64,000 nucleotides of DNA from an uncultured Spirochaetota bacterium (GCA_963734495.1 CAVTHK010000011.1:576001-640000), one strand, 5' to 3'. Shown: positions 30,850 to 42,015, numbered from the stretch's first letter. Numbers and translations are program-made. The notes: a model not told the origin generated them from the sequence alone.

Positions 30850-31746
30850 ATGGAGGTGCGAAGAAAGAGGCTGGTCCTGCTGACAGCCGCCCTGATGCTG
30901 GCAGCCGCGGGCGCGCAGGCGGACTGGAGTTTCGGCACGCCGGTCAACCTCGGGCCGCTCGTCAACAGCGGGGGCGGCGAGGGCTCGCCCGACGTGTCTG
31001 CCGACGGCCTGGAGCTGTACTTCAACTCCGACCGGCCTGGCGGCTTCGGCAACGCGGACATCTGGGTCTCGAAACGGGCGACGAAGGACGCGCCGTGGGG
31101 GCCCGCCGAGAACCTCGGCCCGGTCGTCAACACCGCGGCCGCGGAAATCTCGCCGTGCATCTCTACCGACGGGCTGGAGCTCTACTTTTCCGACTACCGG
31201 GCCAACCGCGCCGGAGGGGTCGGAAAATCGGACATCTGGGTGACGACCCGGCCGGACAGGAATGCGCCCTGGGGACCGCCGGTGAACATCGGCCCCGTCG
31301 CCAACAGCCCGGGCGAAGAGGTCACTCCGGAGATCTCGCATAACGGGCTCGAGCTGTACTTCGAGTCGGACCGCCCCGGCGGCCTGGGCATGGACGATCT
31401 CTGGGTGGCGAAGCGGGCGAGCACCAGGGACCCCTGGGGACGCCCGGCCTGGCTCGGCGCGACTCTCAACGCCGCGGGCAACGACCATTGCCCGAACCTG
31501 ACCGCGGACGGGCTCACGATGTTCTATGACGCTACCCCTGCAGGCACCACCGTCGGCGACCTCATGGTGACGACGCGGGCGACGCTGAGCGGCGAGTGGA
31601 GCACGCCGGTCAACCTCGGGCATGGCCCTTCGGACCACTGGGCCTCGAGCATCGCGGCCGACGGAACCGTGCTCTACTTCGCTTCCACGCGGCCCGGCGG
31701 ATCGGGCGGCAACGACATCTGGGCGGTGCCGATCATCCGGAAGTAG
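30850..31746 (+). CDS. Secreted PD40/TolB-like beta-propeller repeat protein
   Basis: Signal peptide and repeated P-x-NLGP-x-VN..P-x-IS-x-DGLELYF-x-SDRPGG-x-G-xx-DIWV units. Confidence 0.88.
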   Translation: MEVRRKRLVLLTAALMLAAAGAQADWSFGTPVNLGPLVNSGGGEGSPDVSADGLELYFNSDRPGGFGNADIWVSKRATKDAPWGPAENLGPVVNTAAAEISPCISTDGLELYFSDYRANRAGGVGKSDIWVTTRPDRNAPWGPPVNIGPVANSPGEEVTPEISHNGLELYFESDRPGGLGMDDLWVAKRASTRDPWGRPAWLGATLNAAGNDHCPNLTADGLTMFYDATPAGTTVGDLMVTTRATLSGEWSTPVNLGHGPSDHWASSIAADGTVLYFASTRPGGSGGNDIWAVPIIRK

Positions 31747-31756
31747 CCGGGTGAGA

Positions 31757-31797
31757 AGGCAGAACGAAGGCTGCCCCCGCGGGCGGCCTTCTTCTGC
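31757..31797 (+). terminator. Hairpin downstream of the PD40 gene
   Basis: Inverted repeat GCAGAA-c-GAAGGCTGCCC...GGGCGGCCTTC-TTCTGC. Confidence 0.55.
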
Positions 31798-31840
31798 GAG
31801 CTGAGATATCGCCCGGGACAACAGCCACCGGAGGTTCCCT

Positions 31841-32422
31841 TTGAGCAGCATTCGCGATGAGGTTCTCGCGGCAAACGCGCGCTACGCCCAGGGCTTCGGC
31901 GACAAGGGCAGGCTGCCCATGCCGCCCGGCCGCAGGTTCGCGATTCTCACGTGCATGGACGCGAGGCTGGACCCCGCGAAGTACGCTGGCCTCGCCGAAG
32001 GCGATGCCCACGTCCTCCGAAACGCCGGCGGACGGGCGGGCGACGACGCGATCAGGTCGCTCGTCATCTCCTACAAGCTCCTCGGGACGCGCGAGTGGTT
32101 CGTCGTGCACCACACCGACTGCGGCATGCTGGTCTTTACGGACGAGATCATGCGCGGCCTGCTCGCGAAGAGCCTGAAGGCGGCCACGTTCGACGGCGGG
32201 GCGTGGCGCGACACGGGGCCCGGGCCCGGCTCGCGGGAGGGCGACTTTGTCGACTGGCTCACGATCTCCGATCAGTCGCAGAGCGTGCTCGCGGACGTCA
32301 CCCGCATTCGCAACCATGCCCTTGTCCCGGGCGACATCCCGATCTACGGCTTTGTCTACGACGTGAGGAACGGGAGGCTCGTGGAAGTCCCCGAGGCCAC
32401 GGCCGCGGGCAGAACGCGTTAG
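31841..32422 (+). CDS. Beta-class carbonic anhydrase, clade D
   Basis: TCMDARL and HHTDCG zinc ligands plus RNAGG. RBS GGAGG precedes a TTG start. Confidence 0.93.
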   Translation: MSSIRDEVLAANARYAQGFGDKGRLPMPPGRRFAILTCMDARLDPAKYAGLAEGDAHVLRNAGGRAGDDAIRSLVISYKLLGTREWFVVHHTDCGMLVFTDEIMRGLLAKSLKAATFDGGAWRDTGPGPGSREGDFVDWLTISDQSQSVLADVTRIRNHALVPGDIPIYGFVYDVRNGRLVEVPEATAAGRTR

Positions 32423-32606
32423 GCGGCGGGCGCGTCGCCGCTCGACCCGGGGAACCGCGCCCGCGCGCGGGCTTGCGCGGCTTGCGCGGCCGCCCGTATT
32501 GACGAGCGGCTTCGATCCGCTCAGTATCTGGCGGCAACGTGATGTCCATGCCGCACACAACCCCGGCGCGCTCGACCTTCGCATCCTCGCGCGGCGCCGC
32601 CCCGCA

Positions 32607-33905
32607 GTGAGCGTCGCGCAGCCCGCGGTCGCGACGCGCCGCGTCGTCCTGACCTTTCTTCCCCTCGCCGCCATGTGGATGATGATGGCGTTCGAGCAGC
32701 CGCTCACCAACGCCGTGATCGGCCGCCTCGCCGACGTCGAGCGCAACCTCGCGGCGTTCGGGATCGCTTTCAGCCTCTGCATCTTCGTGCAGGGCCCGGC
32801 CGTGCAGCTCCTCATCGCGGGCACGGCGCTCAGCGGTTCACGAGGCTCCTACGGCAGGCTGCTCGCGTTCGTGAACCGGCTGGTGGCCGGGCTCACGGTC
32901 CTGCACCTCGCCGTGGGTGCGACGCCGCTGTTCGGCCTGCTCACCGGGCGCCTCATGGGCGTGCCGGAGGACCTCCTCGCGCCCGCGCGCACCGCGTTCC
33001 TCATCATGACGCCGTGGCACGCGAGCGTCGGCTACCGGAGGCTCTGGCAGGGCGTGCTCGTCCGTCACGGCCGCCCCGGTCTCGTGGCGGTCACCACCCT
33101 CGTGCGGCTGTTCGTGGTGCTCGTGATTTCGGGGCTGGCGCTCGCGCTCACGGCCCTGCCGGGGGCGACGGTCGGCGCGATCGCGGTCGTCACCGGAATG
33201 ATGGCATCCGCGGCGACCACGCGGGTGCTCGCGGGAGCGGTGCTGCGGGACCTCCCCTTCCACGTAGAGGGCGAGGTGCCACTGAGCGGGCGGGACTTTG
33301 CCCGCTTCTACGCCCCGCTGGTGCTCACGGCGCTGATCACGGTGATCGCGCGGCCTCTGACGACCGCGGCCCTCGCGCGCGGGCCGATGGCGGTCGACTC
33401 CCTGGCGGCCTGGCCCGTGGTCTCGAGCTGGCTGTTCCTGCTGCAGGGTCCCGCGCTCGCCGTGCAGGAGACGACGGTAGCGCTCTACGACCGAGGCGGG
33501 ACAGGCCGGGCGATCAGGCGATTCGCGGCGGTCGTCGCGGGCGTGCTGCTGCTCGTCGCCGGGCTGCTGGCGCTGCCCGGCCCGGCGGATTTCTGCTTCC
33601 GCGTTCTCTTCGACCTGCCCGCGGAGCTCGCCTCGCTCTGCGCCGTCCCTTTCGCGATCATGGTCCCGACGGTCGCCCTCACCGCCGCGGTCTCGCTGCT
33701 GCGCGGCATGCTGGTGCGCGAGCGGACGACCTCCGACATCCCGCTCGGCGTCGCCGTGAACGTCTCCGTGCTCTCGCTGTGTCTTTTCGGGATCCCGCGC
33801 CTGCTGCCCTGGCCGGGAGTCGTCGCGGCCGCCGCGGCCGTCACGCTCGCGGTCGCGGGCGAGAGCCTCTTTCTCGCGCTGCGCAGCGCGCGGGCGCAGG
33901 CGTAG
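32607..33905 (+). CDS. MATE/MOP-superfamily-like membrane transporter (start uncertain)
   Basis: About 12 TM segments in two similar halves (FLPLAA..., FYAPLVL...) and LAAFGIA. Confidence 0.7.
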   Translation: MSVAQPAVATRRVVLTFLPLAAMWMMMAFEQPLTNAVIGRLADVERNLAAFGIAFSLCIFVQGPAVQLLIAGTALSGSRGSYGRLLAFVNRLVAGLTVLHLAVGATPLFGLLTGRLMGVPEDLLAPARTAFLIMTPWHASVGYRRLWQGVLVRHGRPGLVAVTTLVRLFVVLVISGLALALTALPGATVGAIAVVTGMMASAATTRVLAGAVLRDLPFHVEGEVPLSGRDFARFYAPLVLTALITVIARPLTTAALARGPMAVDSLAAWPVVSSWLFLLQGPALAVQETTVALYDRGGTGRAIRRFAAVVAGVLLLVAGLLALPGPADFCFRVLFDLPAELASLCAVPFAIMVPTVALTAAVSLLRGMLVRERTTSDIPLGVAVNVSVLSLCLFGIPRLLPWPGVVAAAAAVTLAVAGESLFLALRSARAQA

Positions 33906-33909
33906 CGCC

Positions 33910-35163
33910 TCACTCCGAGAGCTCGCGCAGCCTTCGCTCGAGGAACCGGCGCTCCGGCTCCTGCCGCGCGAGGTCGAGGGCGCGCCGGTAGGAGGCCAGC
34001 GCCTCGGCCTTCCGCCCCAGGCGCCGGAGCATGTCCGCGCGGGCGGCATGAGCGAGGTGGTAGTCGAGGAGATCGCCGCGCGCGAGGATGGCTTCGATCA
34101 GGGCGAGGCCAGCCGCGGGGCCGTCCCGCATCCCCACCGCGACGCCGCGGTTCAGCTCGACGATCGGCGACGGGTCGGAGCGCATCAGGATGTCGTAGAG
34201 CGCGCCGATCTGCGCCCAGTCCGTGGACGCCGCGCCGGGCGATTCGGCGTGAACGGCAGCGATGGCGGCCTGGATCGTGTAGGGGCCGAAACTCGGCGCG
34301 TGCAGCGCTCGCTCCACCAGCGCGGCGCCCTCGGCGATCTGCCCGCGGTCCCACAGCGAGCGGTCCTGCTCCTCGAGCAGCACGAGCTCGCCGCCGGGGG
34401 TGGTGCGCGCCGCGCGGCGCGATTCGTTCAGCAGCATCAGCGCCAGCAGCCCCAGCGCCTCGGGATCGGGAAGCAGCTCGACGAGCAGCCGGCCGAGGCG
34501 GATCGCTTCGCCGGAGAGGTCCCGGCGCGTGAGGGACGTCCCCGACGACGCCCAGTAGCCCTCGGTGAACACCAGGTAGATGACGCGCAGGACGCTGTCC
34601 AACCGTTCGGGCAGGTCCCGCAAGGCCGGCACTTCGTACGGGATGCGCGCCTCGCGGACCCTGGCTTTCGCGCGCACGATCCGCTGCGCCAGCGTCGGCG
34701 CCTCGACCAGGAAGGCACGCGCGATCTCCTCGGTCGTGAGACCGCAGACCTCGCGGAGGGTGAGGGCCACCTGAGCGTCCGGCGGGATCGCCGGGTGGCA
34801 GCAGGTAAAGATCAGCCGCAGCCGGTCGTCCTCGACGTCGTGCCCATTCTGCCCGATCGCATCGGGCGTCGCCGCATCGAGCCGCGCGGCGAGCTCGACG
34901 ACCGAGGCGTCGAAACGGGCGCGCCGGCGCAGGACGTCGATGGCCTTGAAGCGGCCGGCGGAGACGAGCCAAGCCCGGGGGTTCGCGGGCAGGCCGACGC
35001 GCGGCCACTGCGCGAGCGCGGCGCCGAAGGCCTCGTGGAGCGCTTCTTCGGCGAGATCGAAGTCGCCAAGCAGGCGGATCAGCGTGGCGAGCACCCGCCG
35101 CGAGTCGGAACGGTAGATGGATTCCACCGCTGCGCTGATTGTTCCCGAAGCGTCCCCGTTCAT
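33910..35163 (-). CDS. ECF RNA polymerase sigma factor with a C-terminal TPR/DUF6596 extension
   Basis: VLATLIRLLGDFDLAEEA, DDRLRLIFTCCHPA, LAQRIVRAK, LEEQDRSLWD and GPYTIQAAIAAVH. Confidence 0.92.
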   Translation of the reverse strand: MNGDASGTISAAVESIYRSDSRRVLATLIRLLGDFDLAEEALHEAFGAALAQWPRVGLPANPRAWLVSAGRFKAIDVLRRRARFDASVVELAARLDAATPDAIGQNGHDVEDDRLRLIFTCCHPAIPPDAQVALTLREVCGLTTEEIARAFLVEAPTLAQRIVRAKARVREARIPYEVPALRDLPERLDSVLRVIYLVFTEGYWASSGTSLTRRDLSGEAIRLGRLLVELLPDPEALGLLALMLLNESRRAARTTPGGELVLLEEQDRSLWDRGQIAEGAALVERALHAPSFGPYTIQAAIAAVHAESPGAASTDWAQIGALYDILMRSDPSPIVELNRGVAVGMRDGPAAGLALIEAILARGDLLDYHLAHAARADMLRRLGRKAEALASYRRALDLARQEPERRFLERRLRELSE

Positions 35164-35303
35164 TTCGTGACTGGTCGCGTGGGGACGTGTCGAATCGACG
35201 CGGTCGATGCGACGTCCCTCGCGCCCCGAGCCCTGAACATACCGCCGGTTGAGTCCGATGCGGAAACCGCGGCGGCAGCAGCGGGGCCGTCCGCGCTCGC
35301 GGG

Positions 35304-38300
35304 TCAGGCCTCGTGGCCGCCGAGATGATGGCGCAGCGCGTAAGACGCGAGGTCCACGCGGCAGTGCGCGCCCGTCTTCGCGTAGATGTGGCGAAGGTGG
35401 TTCGCCGCGGTGAAGTAGCTGATGCTGAGCTCGGCGGCGATCTGCTTGGTCTCCAGCCCTCCGGCCGCGAGCCCGAGGACCTCGACTTCGCGCGCGGTCA
35501 GGCCGTCGGGAAGGGCACCCTCGAGCCGCGACATGACCTCGGCGAGCGCGCGCTCCTGGCCCTCGAGCCTCAGGCCCGCTCCCACGCGTCGGGCCTCCAT
35601 GACCAGCTCCCGCGCCCGCCTGAGCTCGCCCTGGCGCAGGAGGAACACCGCGTAGTAGACGGACGCTTCGTAGATGTTGTAGATCAGCCCGCAGCGATAC
35701 GACATCGCCAGCGCCCGCTCGAAGCAGACGCGCGCCTCGCCGGCGCGCCCGGCGAGACCGAAGACCAGGCCGCGGACGGTGTCGAGCAGGCAGCCCGGTG
35801 ACTCCATGATGAAGTCGCCCGGCGCGCGAGAGCATCTCGGGGCCGCACGCACGCTCGAGCAGGGCGGCGTCCTGCTGCAGGTAGCCGACGAAGCCGAGCG
35901 CCGACTGGGCGAACAGGCGGCCGAGAGGGCTCAGCTCCATGGAGAGGGCCCGCTCCGCCACTTCCCTCACCGCGGGGAGGGCGCTCTCGTTCCCCTGGTC
36001 TGCGCACGCATCGGCCAGCATGTTGGCTCGCATCGCGAGCTGGTCGGGGTTGATGTAGATCTGAGGGTGTTCTCTTTGATAGGCGAGCATGACCTCGGGA
36101 GTGTTGTAGGCCACCAGGCCCGCGGATGCCGGCCTGCGCGCCGGTCCCCGCACCGTGCCGGGGGCGGCGAGCCACTTCCGCTCCTCGAGCCGCCGCCCGA
36201 GCTCCTTCCACCGCCCTGTCCAGATCGCGAGCACGCGCTCGGCGCCCTGCAGGTCGTCCGTCCACAGGCTGGGCCCGAGCTCGACTCCCCCGCGCAGCGC
36301 GAGGGCCAGCTCTCCGGCGCCGTCGGGATCGCCGCACAGGAGCTTCCACAGCACCAGGCGCCCGCCGAAAAGAAGCTCCAGGTTCCTGTCCGCTATGGCG
36401 CGCGCTGTCTCCAGCGCCTCCGCCGCACTCTCGAGGAGAAGCGGCCACTCCAGGTTGCGGTACTGCAGCCACGCGCGCGCGTAGTGGATGCGCGCCTCGA
36501 GCCGGCGGTCCGCGAATCGGCGGGCGAGCTCCGTTGCCCGCGCGAGACACTCCTCCGCCCGCCCGCGGTGTGCGTACGAGTACGTCTCGGCGAGGGCGCA
36601 GAGCAGCCGGGCCGCCTCGGGCGATTCGGGCGGCACGAGCGCGAGCGCCTGCTCGCGCAGCCCGCGGATCTGCTCGCGGGGCAGGCGCTCGGCGCCCTGC
36701 GGGTAGGTGGCGAACTCCGCGGCGTCGACGGCGTGCGCGATATCGCCCACGGAGAGGTACAGATTGAAGGCTTCCGCCAGGCGCGGCGCCACCTCGGCGA
36801 AACGCGTCAGCGCGAACAGGGTCCACGCGCGAAGCATGGCGAGCCCGGCCTGCTCGCCGGGCGAGAGGCCCGGGTCGCCGGCGGCCTCGTCGAAGGCGCG
36901 CAGCGCCGTGTCGTACGCCGCGGCGTCGAGCGCCCGCTCTCCCGCCTCGCGCGCGTAGCGGCACGCCTTTTTCCTGTGCTCCGATCCCGCGTTCCCGAAG
37001 TGTCGGGCGATGCGCGCCGGGTCGACGTCGATCCCCGAGGCACGCAGCGCTTCGAGCGCCTCGCCCGCGGCCAGGTGAATGGCGGCTCGATCCGCCGGCG
37101 CGAGGTCCGCGGCGACGGCGCGCTGCACGAGCTCGTGGCCGAAGCGGTAGCGGTCCGGGGCGGTCTCGCCGAGCAGCCCATCGTCGACCGATCCCGCGAG
37201 GAGGGCGCGCGCCGCGGCCGGCGCGGCGTGGATCGTGGCCGCGAGGACATCGAGATCGAATTCCCGGCCGAGGACCGCCGCCGCCTGCAGCGCTTCGAGC
37301 GAGGCGGGGGAGAGGCGCGCGAGCCTGCGGCTGATGAGCATCGAGACGCCGGGCGAGGCGCCTTCTTCCCAATGATCGTCCGAGAGATTCTTCTCGCCGG
37401 CGGCGACGCGGGCGGCGAGGCGGTGGACGGCTTCGACCACGAGGAGCGCGTTGCCTTCGGTCTGCTTGTGAACGGACGACGCCAGCCTGCCGGTTTCGCT
37501 CCTCCCGACTTGCGGCTCCAGGAGGGCCCTCACGTCGCGGAGCGTGAGGTTGCCGACCGGGACCTCGCGGTACCAGGGGAGCTTCGAGACCGAGGCGATG
37601 ATTCGAGGCAGGACGGCGTGACGCGCCGCCCGTCGCTCGACGTACGTGCCCACCAGCAGCAGGCGGCTGGACTCCAGGTCGCCCGCGACCGCCTCGAAGA
37701 GCAGAAGGGTGTCGGGATCGCAGTAGTGCAGGTCGTCGAGCACGATGAGCAGCGGGCGTTCGCCGGCGGCCCGCTGGAGGAACGCGCGCATCGCGGCGAA
37801 GAGGCGGAAGCGCGCCTCGTGCGTCGGGGGCTCGCGGGGGGCGGTCCACGAGGGGGCAAGGCCGGCCGCAGTGCCCCGGGCGGAAATCGACCGGTGCGGC
37901 TGCCCGGGCCGCACGTGGGAGCCGGCGCCGCTGCCTACTCGCTCGAGCGAGGGGATCAGCGAGGCGACGTCGTACGCGCCTGCCCCCATGAGCCTGCGCG
38001 CGTGCGCGAGCCCGCGCCGGTCGATGTAGTGCGTGATGATCTCGGCCCACGGCCAGTAGGCGGGCGACCCTTCGTCATCGTAGCCCTGCCCCCAGAGCGT
38101 CGTCGCGCCGGTCCGTTCGGCGCGGGCGATGACTTCGCGGGCGAGACGGGTCTTGCCGGTGCCGTGATCGCCCGAGATCGCGATGACTGCCCCGCGGCCG
38201 CTGGCGACCGCCCGGCCGAGCTCGCCGAACCGCGCCAGCTCCGCCTCCCTGCCCACGAACGGCGGGCCCGGGTGCGACTTCGAACCTTCCTTTACTGCCA

Positions 38301-38310
38301 ACAACGCCAT
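35304..38310 (-). CDS. AAA-ATPase/TPR/LuxR-HTH large transcriptional regulator, frameshifted near 35820
   Basis: FVGREAEL, GDHGTGKT, LDDLH, TEGNALLV and YRFGHELV are in one frame. The LuxR HTH (LTAREVEVL...HLRHIYAKTG) is in another frame ending at 35304. Confidence 0.85.
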
Positions 38311-38444
38311 TGTAGGCGCCGCGGCCGCAGGCTGCAAACGCGGTGAAAGCCGCCGCGCGGGCGCGCAGCGCCCGCAGGTCCGCATTTGGCGGTCGTTTGA
38401 CACTGTCCTTCCCGGCGCGCCATGCTCCGCGGGGCCGCCGGCAA

Positions 38445-39395
38445 ATGAAACAGTTCCTCGTCTTCTCCACGATGACCTACGGGTTTCTGCTCCTGGGGTG
38501 GGCCGCGAGAAAGGCGCGCCCTTCGCTCGAACGGACGAGCCGCGACCTCTCGCGCTACACCGTGCTGCTCGTGGAAACGCCCACGATCGTTCTCGTCTAC
38601 TGGGGCATCGAGAGTCGCGTGCTCGGCCGGCACCTCGGGCTGGCCGTGATCGCCGTCTGCGTCATGTCGTTGTCGGGCGTCGCGGGCTACCTGGTCGGGC
38701 GCCTCTACCGGCAGGATCGCCAGGCCACCGGGACCTACACCGTAGGCGCGCTGCTCTCGAACAACGGGCCGACCCTCGGCGGCTTCCTCTGCCTGCTGTA
38801 CCTCGGCGACGACGCCCTGGAGCTGTCTCAGATCTACACGCTCTTCACGGTTCCGTACTTCTTTACCGTGATCTTTCTCGTGGCCCGCAACTTCGCGCCG
38901 GGGCGCAAGCGCAGCCTGGTCTCCGTGCTGCGCGCCAACTTCGAGGATCCCATCAGCATCCTTCCCAACTCGGCGATGGTGATCGGGCTCCTGCTCTCGA
39001 TCCTCGGCGTCCCGTACCCGGCGTTCCTGCGTCTTCCGCGCACGATCCTCGTGTTCGCCGCGGTCATCCTCTACTCCACGAGCTTCGGCCTGGGGATGCA
39101 CGTCCGGTCGATGCTCGCGAGCCTCGGCCGCTATCTCGGGATGCTCCCCGTCAAGTTCGTGATCGCGCCGCTCGCGGGGATCGGCCTCGGACTCCTCTTC
39201 GGCTATTCCCCGGCGACGGACCCGCTGGCCTTCAAGACCCTCGTCATCCAGTCGTGCATGCCGGTCGCGATCTGGTCCGTGGTGGCGTGCAAGCTCTTCG
39301 CCCTCGACGACAATCTCGCGGTCGGGCTGTGGGTCTTCACGACGGTCAGCGTGGCCGCGCTCCTGCCGGTGTTCGGCTGGCTCGCGCGCGCGTGA
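38445..39395 (+). CDS. AEC (auxin efflux carrier) family transporter
   Basis: About 10 TM segments with SNNGPTLG, VKFVIAP and IQSCMPVA. Confidence 0.85.
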   Translation: MKQFLVFSTMTYGFLLLGWAARKARPSLERTSRDLSRYTVLLVETPTIVLVYWGIESRVLGRHLGLAVIAVCVMSLSGVAGYLVGRLYRQDRQATGTYTVGALLSNNGPTLGGFLCLLYLGDDALELSQIYTLFTVPYFFTVIFLVARNFAPGRKRSLVSVLRANFEDPISILPNSAMVIGLLLSILGVPYPAFLRLPRTILVFAAVILYSTSFGLGMHVRSMLASLGRYLGMLPVKFVIAPLAGIGLGLLFGYSPATDPLAFKTLVIQSCMPVAIWSVVACKLFALDDNLAVGLWVFTTVSVAALLPVFGWLARA

Positions 39396-39399
39396 GGCT

Positions 39400-40614
39400 T
39401 CAGCCTCTCGCGGCGCTGCGGCCCGCCAGCATGCCGGTCGAGAACGCAGCCTGCAGGTTGTAGCCGCCGGTGTCGCCGTCCACGTCCAGCGTCTCGCCGG
39501 CAACGTAGAGACCAGGAACCAGCCGCGACTGCATGGTGGCGGGATCGATCTCGGCGAGGCTCACGCCGCCGCGCGTGACCATCGCCTCGTCCCACCCGCC
39601 GAGCCGACCGACGACGGCGGGAAACGCGGCGAGGCGCTCGGCGAGCAGCCTGCGGCGGCTGCGGTCGAGGTCCGCGGCTCTCAGGTCGCCCGGGATGCCG
39701 CACGCGACAAGCACGCGGTCCAGCACGCGCGCGGGCACGGCGCAGCCGCCGGCGCAGCCGCCGACGGTGCGGCGGCCGTGCGCTGCCGCCTCCGCCTGCA
39801 GCCCGCGCTCGATCTCTTCGACCGACGCGTCGACCAGCGAAAAGCGAAGCTCGTCGCCCGCCTCGATCGATCGGCTGAGGTCGATCACGCCCGGTCCTGA
39901 AAGACCCTGATGTGTAAAGAGAAGGTCCCCGTGCCGCTGCGCCACCCTCTTTCCGGCGCGATGGAGCGTCAGGCGCGAGGCGGGGATCGCGATGCCGGCG
40001 CATTCCGCGAACGGGTGGTCGCGCAGCACGACGGGCACGAGCGCCGGCGCCATCGGGGCGATCGCGTGGCCGAGGCGCCGGGCGAGGTCGCAGCCGTCGC
40101 CCGTGGAGCCAGTGGCGGGATACGAGCTGCCGCCGGCCGCGACCACGACGGCCGGCGCCTCGATGCGCCCGGTGCGCGTCTCGACGCCGAGGCCCGCGCC
40201 GCTGCGTCCGATCGCCGTCGCCGCCTCCCCGTACCGGATAGCCACGCCCCCGCGGCGGCACTCTTCGAGCAGCGCCCGCCTCACGTCGGCGGCGCGCATC
40301 GAGCGCGGGTAGAGCTTGCCGCCTTCCTCCTCGACCAGCTCGATGCCGTGCCGCCCCAGGAGCGCGGCGAGATCCGCGCTGGAAAAAGCGTGCATCGCCC
40401 GCTTCAGAAAGCGTCCCTGGCCCGCGCCGTAGCGCTCGAGCAGCTCGTCGATGCTTCCCGCGTGGCTCACGTTGCAGCGCCCGCCGGCGGCGAGCAGCAG
40501 CTTGCGGCCCGCGCTGCGGTTCTTCTCGAGCACGACGACGCTCGCGCCGGCGCTCGCCGCGCCGATGGCGGCCATGAGCCCGGCCGGCCCTGCGCCGATG
40601 ACCGCGACCCGCAT
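39400..40614 (-). CDS. HI0933/BaiN-family FAD-dependent oxidoreductase
   Basis: IGAGPAG, GRKLLLAAGGRCNV, GSTGDG, LFTHQGLSGP and GDTGGYNLQAAFSTG. Confidence 0.95.
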   Translation of the reverse strand: MRVAVIGAGPAGLMAAIGAASAGASVVVLEKNRSAGRKLLLAAGGRCNVSHAGSIDELLERYGAGQGRFLKRAMHAFSSADLAALLGRHGIELVEEEGGKLYPRSMRAADVRRALLEECRRGGVAIRYGEAATAIGRSGAGLGVETRTGRIEAPAVVVAAGGSSYPATGSTGDGCDLARRLGHAIAPMAPALVPVVLRDHPFAECAGIAIPASRLTLHRAGKRVAQRHGDLLFTHQGLSGPGVIDLSRSIEAGDELRFSLVDASVEEIERGLQAEAAAHGRRTVGGCAGGCAVPARVLDRVLVACGIPGDLRAADLDRSRRRLLAERLAAFPAVVGRLGGWDEAMVTRGGVSLAEIDPATMQSRLVPGLYVAGETLDVDGDTGGYNLQAAFSTGMLAGRSAARG

Positions 40615-40618
40615 GGGG

Positions 40619-41800
40619 TCAGCGGCCGAACACCGCGACCGCCCGCTCCATCCGCTCGGCCACAGGCACGCCGAAGGGGCAGCGCTCTTCGCAGATGCCG
40701 CAGGCCGTGCAGTCGCTGCCGTGCGCCGCGAGCGACTCGTACGCGGCGGCGACGGCAGCCGCGGTCCCGGCTTCGGCGACGTCGAGCAGCTTGAGCAGGG
40801 CACCGATGCGGATCTCCGCGGGGCAGGGGAGGCAGTGCTCGCAGTAGACGCAGCAGCGCTCGAGCTTCCACAGGCTGTTGGCGTCGATCGCGCTGAAGTC
40901 CCGCTCCGCGTCGCCTGCGCGCTCGTAGGCGAGGGCCGCTTCGACTTCGCGCACGCTGCGGCAGCCGGCGACGGCGCTCGCGACGCCGGGCCGCGAGAGC
41001 GCGTAGCTCAGGCACTGCACGGGAGTCAGCGAGATACCGCTCGCGCTGCCCTCCGCGACGAGCCCGGTGCGCTGGAGAAACGCACTCGGGTTGCCGGCTG
41101 GAAGCAGCAGCCCGCCGGCGTACGTCTTGATCGCGAGGATGCTGGCGCCTGCCTGCTCGCAGGCGAGGGTGAGCTCGCGCCGCTGCCTCGATGGCTCCCC
41201 GGCCTCGAGGGCCGCGCGATGGGCTTCGCGCTTCCATCCGGCCCTCAGCCCCGAGTCGTCGGCCACGAGGTCGTGCGCCGGGTTGACCGGGAACATCAGG
41301 ACGTCCATGCCGCGCTCGATCGACCGGACACCGATGGCGGACACGTGAGTGCTCAGAGCGATGAACCGGGCGCGGCCTTCTTCCTTTAGTTTCAGGGCGA
41401 GGTCGAAGAGACCGCCCGCGGCGAACACGCCGTCGAAGTCGGCGTGTTTGTCGACGACGTGCAGCATCAGAAGGTCGACGCTCTCGCGGTCGAGCCTGTC
41501 GAGGAGCTCCCGGAAGGAGGCCTCGCAGAGGGGCAGGTCGCGCGTCGTGCTCCCATCGCGCGTGTCCATGCCCAGATGGCCCGCCACCATGACGCTCCTG
41601 GGGACCTCCCGAAGAGCGGCGCAGGCCTTGTCCCGCGCATCCGTCGAGTTCAGGATCAGGTCCACGAAGTTGACGCCGCCCTCCACCGCGGTCCGGATCA
41701 CGTCCGCCACGGTGCGCGCGTCGGGCTCGTCCAGGTGCTCCGTGCCGAGGCTCACTTCGCTGACCGAGAGCCCCGTCCGCCCCAATCGTCTGTATTGCAT
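40619..41800 (-). CDS. Aldo/keto reductase with a C-terminal 4Fe-4S dicluster
   Basis: MQYRRLGRTGLSVSEVSLG start, with CVYCEHCLPCP and CTACGICEERCP near the C-terminus. Confidence 0.93.
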   Translation of the reverse strand: MQYRRLGRTGLSVSEVSLGTEHLDEPDARTVADVIRTAVEGGVNFVDLILNSTDARDKACAALREVPRSVMVAGHLGMDTRDGSTTRDLPLCEASFRELLDRLDRESVDLLMLHVVDKHADFDGVFAAGGLFDLALKLKEEGRARFIALSTHVSAIGVRSIERGMDVLMFPVNPAHDLVADDSGLRAGWKREAHRAALEAGEPSRQRRELTLACEQAGASILAIKTYAGGLLLPAGNPSAFLQRTGLVAEGSASGISLTPVQCLSYALSRPGVASAVAGCRSVREVEAALAYERAGDAERDFSAIDANSLWKLERCCVYCEHCLPCPAEIRIGALLKLLDVAEAGTAAAVAAAYESLAAHGSDCTACGICEERCPFGVPVAERMERAVAVFGR

Positions 41801-42015
41801 GCGGGCATCATAAGGCGCGGCGCCCCTCCCCGCCAGCACACGGAATCCTCCTGCACCCTCATCGCCGCCCGGTCGACACGACTCTCCGCGCGGCCCCGGA
41901 GCAGCCCTTGCGGACAGATGTTTGACGGCAGAGGACAAATCGTCCCCGCGTCGCGTCCCCGCCGCCCGGGAATGCATTAGTCTCGGTGACGATCTGCATG
42001 ACAGGAGGTCGGAGA

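Noticed and set aside
35684-38346. Long overlapping ORFs (788 aa minus, 855 aa plus)
   Set aside because: They are Arg/Ala/Gly-rich alternate-frame and antisense shadows of the AAA-LuxR gene.
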